This document shows, piece after piece, positions 8,430 through 17,140 of a stretch of 37,154 nt of DNA (position 1 is its first letter; each line of letters starts with the position of its first letter). The stretch is from a virus. Lineage: Duplodnaviria > Caudoviricetes. The notes under the pieces were generated by a model. That model saw only the letters and a program-made list of their open reading frames with translations. It ran no database searches and was not told the DNA's origin. The stretch is from the IMG/VR virus record IMGVR_UViG_3300032247_001727, positions 1 through 37,154 of that record; one strand, written 5' to 3'. The position numbers and the translations under genes are program-made.

Positions 8430-11030
8430 TTATTTCTCCATTGGTACAAGGCGTATTGGCAACCGCACTGCACGCTTCCCAACGCCATTGATGGGGGTGC
8501 AGGCTTGATCCGAGGAACCGTCAATCCGGCGCAACTGATCTTTCCATTTTTCATTCCACGGTGTGTCCGCGAAAATCTTCTTCAACTCGTTGTGAGAGAC
8601 TGCCACATCAATCCCTTCCTTCCGAATGCCAATCCCAATTCTCGCCAATGCCTGACGGGCGTTTTCAGATCGGTTCGAGATCCAGTTGCCATCGTAGCAC
8701 CGGACTAGCAATTCAGCGACCGTAGTCCGGACCGGACCTCCCTCATTCAGATCGACAACCAAGTTTGCCTCCCACAGGTGATGCAGGCAGTGTGACTCAT
8801 CCTTCCCAAACTCGGCGCCTTTGTAGGTGGACCAATCCTGCTTAACGCACCATTCCGCGGCCTTTGCAGCAGTAATCATCCCTGAGCTTGTGAGCGAGTA
8901 TGCACCGGCGAGAAGACTGCCAATCTGATCTGCGTCCCGTTGATTCCCAAGGTGCTCCAGCACTGCTGTTTTAAAAACGACTGCGTTCATCGCAATCGTC
9001 GCCGCAAGGTGAATAGAACGCGACCGGAGTGCCGTGACGAACCGAGGAATCGCCAGTGTATCTTTCCAGATCGTCAGCGCCTCTTGGAATCGGTCCACCT
9101 TGCGTTGATGCTCTGGCAGCAAATCCAATATCGTGACGCGGCTCAAATCGGCCCTCTGGGTGGCGGCAATCCCAATCGAGGAGAACATAAACATTGACCG
9201 AACGTGCCAGGTCATCGCCTGTCCTGACGCGGTGCCTTTGGCTATGCGCCCGTCTGACTCGCGTGATGCCTGACGCGCCAGCATCAACACTGCCTGCATC
9301 CGGCGTTGATCCACATCCCGCTCTGCTTCCGCTTCATCGAATACTACGGGGAGGGCATCGCATCCAAGCATCTGGCGAATACCGGCTTCCGTTGTGACTG
9401 ACTGCACATACAGACCAGTGTTTCCAAGCACCGGCCTGACGATGTTTTCCAAGATCCAAGTCTTTCCAGATCCTGCTGGTCCGGTAAGCCAGATGTGGGG
9501 ACGCCACTCGATTGCGCCACAGATGGGCGCCAGAGCAAGCCAACCAGAAAGAAGAGCATGATCAAGCTGATTCCGGAACTGGAAACAATGAATCAGATCG
9601 ATGATCTTTTTGGTATCCGCGGGGCGCAATGGCTCTGCCATATCAACGTGAAGTGCGCGGCCTTTGTTGTACGTCCACCGGCTATCGTGTTCGCTCAACG
9701 AACGCTCAACCCCATCGACAAGTAAGGAGTTCCCACGGTGAAAAACCACCCGTCCATCATCAAGCCATGCCCCTCTCCCGCGGATTAAAGATGGATCATA
9801 GTCCTTCTGTTTTGCCCTCTGAATCAATGAGTTGGCAGCAGCAAACCAATCTGCTCCCTGCTTGCTGGGGTAGGTGCGTTCCCAGTATGCCGCGGAGGCT
9901 AACGTCAGGAGTTCCAGCTTAGTATGTTCCCGCGCCGTAAGCACCAATAGGCTTTGAGTGTCATTTGGAAGGTAATAATAACTTCCATCGGCTTGCCCAA
10001 GAATCCGGAATGGTTCCGGCTCACTATCAAAATCATCCACAATCTCGGAATCAAATTGTGGTTCTGGTTCCGGTTCCGGTTCAGACTGTGGTCCGGTTGC
10101 GTCCGGATCGACTCCATCGCGGACAAAGTGTTTGATCCTTGCGTTGGTCCACCCGTTCTCAATCGCATCTGCAATATCCCATCCCTCTGGAAGCCCGTGT
10201 GGGATATCAAGAATCCGAACAGTCGCTTGAACCCCGTCGAGGATCTGCTTCAACGCATCCGCGGCGTCCCGTCCCGCTTGATCGTTGTCAGGCCAAATCG
10301 TGACTCGGCGCCCAGCCAACGGTTCCCAATTGACGTACCCGATAGCCTTCGCGCCCCCAGGCCAAGTAGCGACAACCGCACCGGTGAACACTTCCTGCGC
10401 GAGTTCAGCGCACTTCTCTCCCTCTACGAGCAGCACCGGCGCATCAACGTGATCCGTAATTCTCTGCAGGTTGAACAGTGGGCGGGGGCGCTTAAACGCT
10501 TTGAACCTCCACGCCTCATCGTTTCCTTTTGGGGACCGGCACCATGCGATTGGAAGAACCTGTTTTCCCCTTGGGGTATCAAACCGGCAGACCACACCGA
10601 TTAGGTTCTTCCCGTCAGCAGTGTAGTACCTCCAGCTTCTAACAGGGATGCCATAGCTATAGTGGCGCAGATTCGGTTCCGGAGCATCTTCCGGAGCGTA
10701 GTCCAAAGCAGTCCACTCTGGTTCGCGCACTCTCGCTTCGACCGGCATCTCCACTTTTAACTGCCGGTTCAGTTCGACTGCCGCTTCGTATTGACCGCAA
10801 TGAAGTTTCGCGGCGACAAACGAAATCGGGTCACTTCCGCCGAGGTTCTGGGCAAAATCTGCCCACTTCCCAGTGTCGAGGTTGATTGAGAGTGATTTAC
10901 CTGGCTCACCGGCGAGCGATCCCAACTTAAATTCGCGGCCTTCTTGCCGCCCATCTACATACCATAGTCTAAGTAATGATTCCCAACAGTTTAACGCCGC
11001 GGCGTTGATTGCCTCAAAATTGATTGCCAT
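8430..11030 (-). CDS. DNA primase-helicase (TOPRIM plus C-terminal P-loop ATPase)
   Basis: VLLVEGEK, WPDND and GWDIAD TOPRIM motifs; acidic PEPE linker; Walker A GPAGSGKT and Walker B VVFDEAE. Confidence 0.88.
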   Translation of the reverse strand: MAINFEAINAAALNCWESLLRLWYVDGRQEGREFKLGSLAGEPGKSLSINLDTGKWADFAQNLGGSDPISFVAAKLHCGQYEAAVELNRQLKVEMPVEARVREPEWTALDYAPEDAPEPNLRHYSYGIPVRSWRYYTADGKNLIGVVCRFDTPRGKQVLPIAWCRSPKGNDEAWRFKAFKRPRPLFNLQRITDHVDAPVLLVEGEKCAELAQEVFTGAVVATWPGGAKAIGYVNWEPLAGRRVTIWPDNDQAGRDAADALKQILDGVQATVRILDIPHGLPEGWDIADAIENGWTNARIKHFVRDGVDPDATGPQSEPEPEPEPQFDSEIVDDFDSEPEPFRILGQADGSYYYLPNDTQSLLVLTAREHTKLELLTLASAAYWERTYPSKQGADWFAAANSLIQRAKQKDYDPSLIRGRGAWLDDGRVVFHRGNSLLVDGVERSLSEHDSRWTYNKGRALHVDMAEPLRPADTKKIIDLIHCFQFRNQLDHALLSGWLALAPICGAIEWRPHIWLTGPAGSGKTWILENIVRPVLGNTGLYVQSVTTEAGIRQMLGCDALPVVFDEAEAERDVDQRRMQAVLMLARQASRESDGRIAKGTASGQAMTWHVRSMFMFSSIGIAATQRADLSRVTILDLLPEHQRKVDRFQEALTIWKDTLAIPRFVTALRSRSIHLAATIAMNAVVFKTAVLEHLGNQRDADQIGSLLAGAYSLTSSGMITAAKAAEWCVKQDWSTYKGAEFGKDESHCLHHLWEANLVVDLNEGGPVRTTVAELLVRCYDGNWISNRSENARQALARIGIGIRKEGIDVAVSHNELKKIFADTPWNEKWKDQLRRIDGSSDQACTPINGVGKRAVRLPIRLVPMEK

Positions 11031-11040
11031 GCCGAAAGCC

Positions 11041-11415
11041 TCAAGGATTACTAGCGTTTCCGCAAGTGTTTTTAGAAATTAATTTTAAGGCATCTTCTTT
11101 TGACCGGCAAATGCCTGCAAGCCCACCTGCCTTTTCGATAGCCTCTTTCCAAATTTTTTGTTCCGGCCTGACTCGTCCCGTAGAATTTTTGACCTCGATG
11201 GACAGAAAAACCGCCAATTTTTGACCCACCATGTTTTCGGTAACCACAATTTCATGCCAACCGATTAAATCGGCACTTCCTGGGCAGAGTCCAAAGCGGA
11301 TTTTCCCGCCCGTTGCCAGTTCAGCGATCCCCACCGGTTGGTTAAAGAGACGGGTATCTGTCCGAGATCCCAGTTCGCGGAGGATCTCGGCTTTAATGTC
11401 GCGTTCAGATTTCAT
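11041..11415 (-). CDS. VRR-NUC domain nuclease
   Basis: SERDI...GL..GSADLIG...F.SIEVK...GR..PEQ..W (PD-(D/E)xK fold). Confidence 0.85.
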   Translation of the reverse strand: MKSERDIKAEILRELGSRTDTRLFNQPVGIAELATGGKIRFGLCPGSADLIGWHEIVVTENMVGQKLAVFLSIEVKNSTGRVRPEQKIWKEAIEKAGGLAGICRSKEDALKLISKNTCGNASNP

Positions 11416-12797
11416 GCGTACTGTGGTCTTCTCCCTTTACGAGCACTGTATACATGGTGCGCCCATGCCGAGGGATTCTTGTATCCACGGGCGACTCCCA
11501 CTCTGATCAAATCGTCCAGCGTCTGCGCCTTTCCCTGTTCCTGACGCTTTATGGTGCGAGCCTCCTGCGCTTTAATCTCCTCTAGAGTCCCGTCTACCTC
11601 CTCGACTTTCCTCCCCTTAACCTCGAACGAGTGTCCGCACTGGGGGCAGACCGGCACCGGCGCACTGATCCCATAGCACTTTGGACACTGCCGGTTAGTG
11701 ATCGCCGCCTTCTGCTTACTGCTCTTCTTTGGGGCGCCTTCAAGACTCCACTCCCTCTGGTCCTCTGCAAATCCATGCCGCAACACATTTCCAACGTGAT
11801 CCAGAATGGTTGCGAACTGTTTTCCTTCCGCCGGTCTGAGTACGCGCCCCACCTGTTGCAGGTAGAGTCCCATGCTCTGGGTGGGCCTGAGTAGAATCGC
11901 CGCACTGACCACCGGCACATCGAATCCTTCAGAGATGATATCGCAGGAGCTAAGTCCGTGGAGGCGTCCGGTGGCGAGTCCTCGCACCGCGCTACGCCGG
12001 TCCTCGGCAGTCATCGTCCCGTCGATCATCGCCCACCGGTATCCCGCGGCATTGAAGTCCGCGGTGACCTGCTCCGCGTGTTTCAGAGAGACACAGAAGG
12101 CGACTGCTGGTTGGCGGTCGCAGAGTTTCCGGTAATGCTCTACTGCACTGCCAGTGATCGTACTCTGGTTCACTGCTGATTCGGCATCCTTCTTATTGTA
12201 GTCACCGGCTACCGTCCGCACGCCTTCCATCGATGCACCTGGGGGCGCGAAATACCGAGGTTTACTCAGGTAACCGGCAGCAATTAGATCCGCCACCTCT
12301 GGGCCGCGGACGATCACATCAAACATATCTCCAAGTCCCTTGCCGTCCAGTCGCTCTGGAGTTGCGGTTACACCGAGGACTTTAGCATTCGGGAACCGAG
12401 TTAAAATCTGCTTCCACGATCCAGCCGCGGCATGATGCGCCTCATCCACCACAATGAGGTCCGGAGGCAGGGTCCGGTTCAACCGGCGCACCAGTGTCTG
12501 CACTCCTGCGACCTGGACGGTAACGTGCGGGTCTTCAGATCGTCCCGCCAGAACGATCCCATGCGGGACACTGAATTCGGAAAGTTTTCGGCAGGTCTGG
12601 TCCAGAAGTTCCTGCCTGTGCGTCAAAATTAAAACCCGTTTCCCCTTCTTCTGAGCACTTTGAGTGATGTGGGCAAACATCACTGTCTTTCCTGCACCGG
12701 TAGGAGCAACGAGCAATGGCGCCTTTTTCCCGCTCCGTAGTGCATCCTTCACAGACTCCACGGCAGCAACTTGATACGGTCTTAAACTGGGGGTCAT
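11412..12797 (-). CDS. Superfamily II DEAH helicase with C-terminal zinc finger
   Basis: LRPYQ, APTGAGKT, DEAHH, TATP, QQVGRVLR and CPKC/CPQC; start moved to ATG 12797 (ATGA overlap with the upstream stop). Confidence 0.92.
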   Translation of the reverse strand: MTPSLRPYQVAAVESVKDALRSGKKAPLLVAPTGAGKTVMFAHITQSAQKKGKRVLILTHRQELLDQTCRKLSEFSVPHGIVLAGRSEDPHVTVQVAGVQTLVRRLNRTLPPDLIVVDEAHHAAAGSWKQILTRFPNAKVLGVTATPERLDGKGLGDMFDVIVRGPEVADLIAAGYLSKPRYFAPPGASMEGVRTVAGDYNKKDAESAVNQSTITGSAVEHYRKLCDRQPAVAFCVSLKHAEQVTADFNAAGYRWAMIDGTMTAEDRRSAVRGLATGRLHGLSSCDIISEGFDVPVVSAAILLRPTQSMGLYLQQVGRVLRPAEGKQFATILDHVGNVLRHGFAEDQREWSLEGAPKKSSKQKAAITNRQCPKCYGISAPVPVCPQCGHSFEVKGRKVEEVDGTLEEIKAQEARTIKRQEQGKAQTLDDLIRVGVARGYKNPSAWAHHVYSARKGRRPQYA

Positions 12798-12985
12798 TTT
12801 CCATCGATGGCTTGTCTGAGTTTCTCCAACGTGACAACGCGAGGTGTGTACACTTCCCGCACCCAATTATAGAAGGTAGATTCAGCAACTCCCGCCTTCT
12901 TTAACCACTTGCGCCGAGAGAGTTTAGCCTCCTTTCGTCGCTTGTCTAAAGACAGGATCATGTTCCGTACTACACCTGGTTTCAT
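12794..12985 (-). CDS. Cro/XRE-like helix-turn-helix regulator, 63 aa
   Basis: RRKEAKLS...LKKAGVAESTFYNW......P...TLEKL pattern; first gene of the leftward replication operon. Confidence 0.75.
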   Translation of the reverse strand: MKPGVVRNMILSLDKRRKEAKLSRRKWLKKAGVAESTFYNWVREVYTPRVVTLEKLRQAIDGK

Positions 12986-12991
12986 AAAAAA

Positions 12992-13022
12992 AATGTACTA
13001 AATCGCTTGCGGTAGCGCAAGC
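12992..13022 (-). promoter_or_regulatory. Sigma70-type promoter for a leaderless HTH transcript, overlapped by a palindromic operator
   Basis: Minus strand TTGCGC-N17-TACATT-N6-ATG; inverted repeat GCTTGCG-N4-CGCAAGC at 13005-13022 in the divergent gap. Confidence 0.6.
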
Positions 13023-13068
13023 ACTGTGCAATGTTTCTTTCAACGCGACAACAACGCGCATCTAAAGC

Positions 13069-13872
13069 ATGAAGAACCACATTGTAACTGACCTGTCCGC
13101 TGAGAATTATCACGCTATGCCTCAGATTTCTAAGCATGGCTTGGACCTGATCCACAAATGTCCCGCTCTGTATAAATACAAGCAAACCCACAAGGATGAC
13201 TCTGAACAGTCTCCTGCGCTCCGGTGGGGAACGCTCGTTCACACCCGTGTTCTGGAACCAGCACTGTTTCATTCCACTGTAGTGGTGGCGCCCCAGTGCG
13301 ACCGGCGGACCAAGGCCGGTAAGGAAATCTGGGAGGAGTTCACTACCTTCAACGCCGGTAAAACCATCATCACCGAGGACGAGGCCGTTAAGCTCTCTGA
13401 GATTGCCATCTCAATCGGTGAACACGCCGGTGCTCGCACGCTTCTGGACGGTGACCTGTCCATCGAGTCCTCCATGTTCTGGACTGACGAGGAAACCGGC
13501 GTCCAGTGCCGCGCCCGTCCGGACATTATGCGGCCTGACGGTTTGATCGTAGATCTTAAAACCACTCAGGATGCCGGTGCCAGTGCCTTTGCGAAGTCCT
13601 GCGCCCAGTTTCGCTACCATGTGCAGGCCGCGTTCTATATGGACGGCTTGGCGGCACAAGGAGTCGAGGCTCAAGGATTCGCCTTCATCGCAGTCGAGAA
13701 GGACGCCCCGCATCTCGTCGCCACCTACGTCTGCGACCGGACCATGCTGGAGATCGGGCGGCAGGCATACCAAGCTGACCTACGCACATATGCCCAGTGC
13801 AAGTCCACCGGCATCTACCCTGGATACCCCGAAACCATCGAAGAAATCACCCTACCCCGCTGGGCGCTTTAA
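13069..13872 (+). CDS. RecE / exonuclease VIII-like PD-(D/E)xK exonuclease
   Basis: YH....ISK..LD, GTLVH..VLEP, CRARPD, IVDLKTT, YHVQAAFY and F.FIAVEK motifs. Confidence 0.9.
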   Translation: MKNHIVTDLSAENYHAMPQISKHGLDLIHKCPALYKYKQTHKDDSEQSPALRWGTLVHTRVLEPALFHSTVVVAPQCDRRTKAGKEIWEEFTTFNAGKTIITEDEAVKLSEIAISIGEHAGARTLLDGDLSIESSMFWTDEETGVQCRARPDIMRPDGLIVDLKTTQDAGASAFAKSCAQFRYHVQAAFYMDGLAAQGVEAQGFAFIAVEKDAPHLVATYVCDRTMLEIGRQAYQADLRTYAQCKSTGIYPGYPETIEEITLPRWAL

Positions 13873-13878
13873 TTTCCC

Positions 13879-14106
13879 ATGAGTACACAAACCGAAACCA
13901 AAACCAACGAAACGAAACCCGTAGCTGATATCATCTGCACCCACTGTGGCTCGCAGTACAGTCGTCAGTCTCGAATCTCCTCAGTCTTTGACTGTGGAAC
14001 TCGCGTCAACGGCAACAAACACGCTATTTCCAAGGCTTGTCTGATCATCCGGAGGCTTAAAGACGATCTGACGGCAGGACAGGCAAACCTGTTTCCAAAA
14101 CTCTAA
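13879..14106 (+). CDS. Small Cys-containing hypothetical protein
   Basis: Fills the operon gap; CxxCG...FDCG...C. Confidence 0.6.
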   Translation: MSTQTETKTNETKPVADIICTHCGSQYSRQSRISSVFDCGTRVNGNKHAISKACLIIRRLKDDLTAGQANLFPKL

Positions 14107-14158
14107 TCCCAACAGGGGCGCGACTGTGGCAACGCGCAACTTTACTTACAACTACATT

Positions 14159-15031
14159 ATGTCTACCGAACTAGTCCCTCACAATCCTCAGTCCATCCAG
14201 CAGAACAACTCTGCTTTCAGTTCCATCACCAACTTCGAGTCCGCCCAGCGCATGGCAATGGCCCTCTGCTCATCGGACTTGGTTCCCGAAACCTACAGGG
14301 GTAAAGACAAGATTGGAAACGCTCTCATCGCGCTCGAAATGGCGCAACGCATCGGCGCGAGTCCACTCGCAGTCATGCAGAATCTCAACATCATTCACGG
14401 GCGTCCCGCCTGGTCCTCCTCCTTCATCATCGCGGCCCTCAATACCTGTGGCCGGTTCTCGCCGCTCCGGTTCCGCGTCGAAGGCACCGGCGACTCCGCT
14501 ACCTGTGTTGCATGGGCCTATGACCGGATGACCGGCGCCGAGATCCTTGAAGGCCCACAGGCTTCCATTGCAATGGCGAAGGCCGAGGGGTGGTACGGCA
14601 AAAACGGGTCCAAGTGGAAAACCATGCCGGACCTCATGCTTCGCTATCGTGCCGCGGCATTTTTCGGGCGCCTGTACGCTCCGGATGTACTGAACGGTAT
14701 GCACACCGCGGACGAGGTCGAAGACTTCCGCGGCGGGGGCGCCGGTGCGTCCGTGCAAGCCGTCCCATCGGTGATCGCCGCACTGAATGCGCGAGTCCAG
14801 AGTCCACCTACTGCGAGTCCAGCGCCGAGTCCGCTTATTCCGAGTCCCGTTATCGTGGAGGTGCCAATCGAGGCCGCGCCGGTGATCGTCGCGTCCGAGT
14901 CCGAACCGCCAGCGGCGAGTCCGAGTCCAAAGCCGAGTCCAAAACGCCCGCGGACGCCCGCGCCTGGTGCCGAGGAACCGGTGCCAGTGCCTGGTGAACC
15001 GGAACCGGAGCACAAAGACGACTGGGTTTAA
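14159..15031 (+). CDS. RecT-like single-strand annealing protein with Pro/Ser-rich tail
   Basis: PLAVMQN..II.GRP.W and SKWKTMPDLML.YRA..FFGR.YAP..L.G...DE; follows the RecE-like gene; ATG 14159 preferred over GTG 14126. Confidence 0.75.
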   Translation: MSTELVPHNPQSIQQNNSAFSSITNFESAQRMAMALCSSDLVPETYRGKDKIGNALIALEMAQRIGASPLAVMQNLNIIHGRPAWSSSFIIAALNTCGRFSPLRFRVEGTGDSATCVAWAYDRMTGAEILEGPQASIAMAKAEGWYGKNGSKWKTMPDLMLRYRAAAFFGRLYAPDVLNGMHTADEVEDFRGGGAGASVQAVPSVIAALNARVQSPPTASPAPSPLIPSPVIVEVPIEAAPVIVASESEPPAASPSPKPSPKRPRTPAPGAEEPVPVPGEPEPEHKDDWV

Positions 15032-15047
15032 TTTCGGTAGGTAAGGG

Positions 15048-15083
15048 AAGGGGCGCTCCGGTATGGGGCGCCCCTTTTTCTTT
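15048..15083 (+). terminator. Intrinsic terminator between converging genes
   Basis: AAGGGGCGCTCC-N5-GGGGCGCCCCTT followed by a T-tract. Confidence 0.8.
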
Positions 15084-15086
15084 GCG

Positions 15087-15455
15087 TCATTCGCCTTTCC
15101 GAGGACGCCCCCGCGGGCGTTTCGGCGCATCCGGATCAACCGGCGGGCGAGTCCGAGGACGCCCGCCCAGAGCGCCATTGGCGCGGCAAGTGTCACGCTT
15201 CCGAGGCGAGGTCGCTCGTCCGGCGCGGCGTGCGCGTTCAGCGTGCAACTCCACTTTCAGGGTCGCAAGCTCCGCTTCCAGCTTCAGGATGCGGCCTTGC
15301 GCGGCTTCCAAGGCATCTTGGTGGGTCACCGCATTTCGGCGGGCCATATCCAGCATCCAATCCAGCCATATCGCGTATGCTTTCAGATCGGCGGCACTGG
15401 CAACATCCAGTTCCGCATCAGTCAGGGGGTATTCACCGGCTTTACGTTCACTCAT
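15087..15455 (-). CDS. Coiled-coil protein with basic AT-hook-like C-terminus
   Basis: Heptad region, NGALGGRPR and RPRGRPRK; ATGA-coupled to the upstream gene. Confidence 0.65.
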   Translation of the reverse strand: MSERKAGEYPLTDAELDVASAADLKAYAIWLDWMLDMARRNAVTHQDALEAAQGRILKLEAELATLKVELHAERARRAGRATSPRKRDTCRANGALGGRPRTRPPVDPDAPKRPRGRPRKGE

Positions 15456-15640
15456 TTCTCGTCGCAGTAGGTTTGGAAATCGATCTGTCCTTTCAGGTAC
15501 AGCACCGCGGCAATCGCCTTTGCCATGCTCTGGTGGTACTCCGCCGCCACCTGTACGAGGGGCGCCGGTGCGTACCGTTTCGCCTGACGTTTTGCCTCGG
15601 TCAGGTTCCCGTTGATTAGGTTTTCTATGCAGGTTCTCAT
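15452..15640 (-). CDS. Hypothetical protein, 62 aa
   Basis: Tightly packed in the leftward small-gene operon. Confidence 0.65.
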   Translation of the reverse strand: MRTCIENLINGNLTEAKRQAKRYAPAPLVQVAAEYHQSMAKAIAAVLYLKGQIDFQTYCDEK

Positions 15641-15643
15641 AGG

Positions 15644-16045
15644 TTAAGGAGCGGTTACCATTTCAGAGGCATGCGCGAGCGTCATCCGCTCCGCGACTGC
15701 CATCACCAGAAAAGCGAGTCCTTCCTCTGTGGTGGGGAACGTGGACACTGGCACCTCAGAGGCACCGTTGTTTGCGCTCCGGTGGACGATCACGCGTTCC
15801 GGAGTCCGAGAGTCCACCACCATGTGGACGCTCCCATAGGTACCTTCCAACCAGCACCGGTAGGTGGCGGCACTGGCACAGTAGGACGGCTTGTCCCATC
15901 CGCCCAGATCCTCGAAGGTATCGTGCAGCAGGGTAATCACCGGCATCACCGCGTTCACGGCGTTGTCCTCCCGCTCCCGTTCCATGCGGCGAGCGTCATC
16001 TCGGCGCTTCTGAATCGATTCAATTGCTTCTGTTAGTTTGCTCAT
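15644..16045 (-). CDS. Hypothetical protein, 133 aa
   Basis: ATG start; 3-nt gap to the next gene. Confidence 0.65.
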   Translation of the reverse strand: MSKLTEAIESIQKRRDDARRMEREREDNAVNAVMPVITLLHDTFEDLGGWDKPSYCASAATYRCWLEGTYGSVHMVVDSRTPERVIVHRSANNGASEVPVSTFPTTEEGLAFLVMAVAERMTLAHASEMVTAP

Positions 16046-16080
16046 ATCGTGTTATCGTGTGTTTAAACGGAGCGTGATTG

Positions 16081-16118
16081 CTCCCTACTGCCACCGGAGT
16101 CCGGTGACAGTGTGGGAA
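16081..16118 (-). other. Intergenic RNA hairpin (possible processing or attenuation site)
   Basis: Minus strand ACTGTCACCGG-ACT-CCGGTGGCAGT: an 11-bp stem with one G.U pair, extended by TTCCC/GGGAG; no U-tract. Confidence 0.5.
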
Positions 16119-16134
16119 CCATAACGGGGGCGCC

Positions 16135-16362
16135 TCAGTGCATCACAGAGCGGTACAAGGCGCGGTTTTCAGCGTGCAACTGGCGGCACACCTTCGCCAC
16201 CGTCACCTTCCACCGGAGCGTCTGCGCGGCCCAGAACTCCGGTTTAAACCGGCTCACGACATACTCCAGCACCTCACGGTGAGAGTCTGCCACATGGCAC
16301 CGCGCCACAATCGAGTATAGCACACTGGCCATCGGATTCATCGGGAGAGAATTTTTCATCAC
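16135..16362 (-). CDS. Hypothetical protein, about 75 aa
   Basis: Abuts the upstream stop; same operon. Confidence 0.6.
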   Translation of the reverse strand: MMKNSLPMNPMASVLYSIVARCHVADSHREVLEYVVSRFKPEFWAAQTLRWKVTVAKVCRQLHAENRALYRSVMH

Positions 16363-16523
16363 TATTCGGCAAAAATTCCAAAGATTCCTTCAGCGATATC
16401 TAAGCGATCCCTGAATGTCATGGCCTCAAACGCCTCCAAGGAGTCCAATCCCAGCGGGTCAACGTATTCGCCCCATAGGGCATAACTGGCACAGATCTGA
16501 TCAAGTGTAGGTCTTTTACTCAT
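16362..16523 (-). CDS. Hypothetical protein (MSKRPTL..., 53 aa; alternative GTG start at 16559)
   Basis: First gene downstream of the predicted promoter; LWGEYVDP motif. Confidence 0.55.
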   Translation of the reverse strand: MSKRPTLDQICASYALWGEYVDPLGLDSLEAFEAMTFRDRLDIAEGIFGIFAE

Positions 16524-16580
16524 AAGTTTAGCTAGGTTCTGAAACAATAGCGCATCCACACTGTGCGGGGCGCTTCCGTT

Positions 16581-16620
16581 GTTATCGGGCGCCGCGTGCG
16601 TTAGGTAAAGAGTTTTTTTT
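16581..16620 (-). promoter_or_regulatory. Putative sigma70-type promoter of the small-gene operon
   Basis: Minus strand A-tract, then TTTACC-N17-GATAAC. Confidence 0.4.
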
Positions 16621-16670
16621 CAGAAATCTTTTCACGCCTCTGTAAACCGGCGCTCCGGCGCTCCGGAGAA

Positions 16671-17014
16671 ACTCTGCAAACTCTGCATCGACTCTGCATA
16701 CCCATGCAGACCTCTTCCGCGCCTTAACGCGAGGCACTTACAACGAAACTCTGCAACTCTGCAGAAAATAACAACATATACTTCTATCCCTACCCCTATT
16801 CATCTACCCCTACCTATCTCTCTCTCTCTATATATATATATTTATACATATACATATTTATTTATAGAGAGAGGAAACGCAAACTGCTGAACGCCAACGG
16901 TTTACGAATTCTGCATCGGACTCTGCAAACGGGTGCAGAACGGGTGCAGAGTTTCGCGAAAAAATGCAGAGTCACAGAGGAGCACCCAGAAAAACGGGAA
17001 AAATGAATGCAGAG
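16671..17014. other. Putative replication origin: ACTCTGCA iterons around an AT-rich core
   Basis: ACTCTGCA at 16671, 16680, 16691, 16748, 16756 and 16920; inverted copies at 16945 and 16965, plus partial copies; (TA)n core at about 16829-16866; non-coding. Confidence 0.7.
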
Positions 17015-17036
17015 GGGATGTGGATTTTGGATATGT

Positions 17037-17093
17037 CGAGTCCGCTTATGGTCGAGTCCGCTTATCGAGTCCCTCTATGGCGAGTCCCCTTAT
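17037..17093 (+). repeat. Four tandem CGAGTCC-containing units (13-16 bp period)
   Basis: GAGTCC at 17038, 17054, 17067 and 17082, each followed by a (C/T)TAT-like tail. Confidence 0.85.
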
Positions 17094-17140
17094 GATTTCA
17101 GTGCCAGTTTCGGTTCGGCAAGGTCGCACGGGCGTCCGCT

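Noticed and set aside
14270-15619. Long antisense and alternative ORFs over RecT and the 15087-15640 genes
   Set aside because: GC-rich shadow frames; they cross a terminator and lack motifs, unlike the methyltransferase overlap.
17037-17093. Mini CRISPR array
   Set aside because: Units are only 13-16 bp, with no spacer-sized unique sequences and no cas genes.
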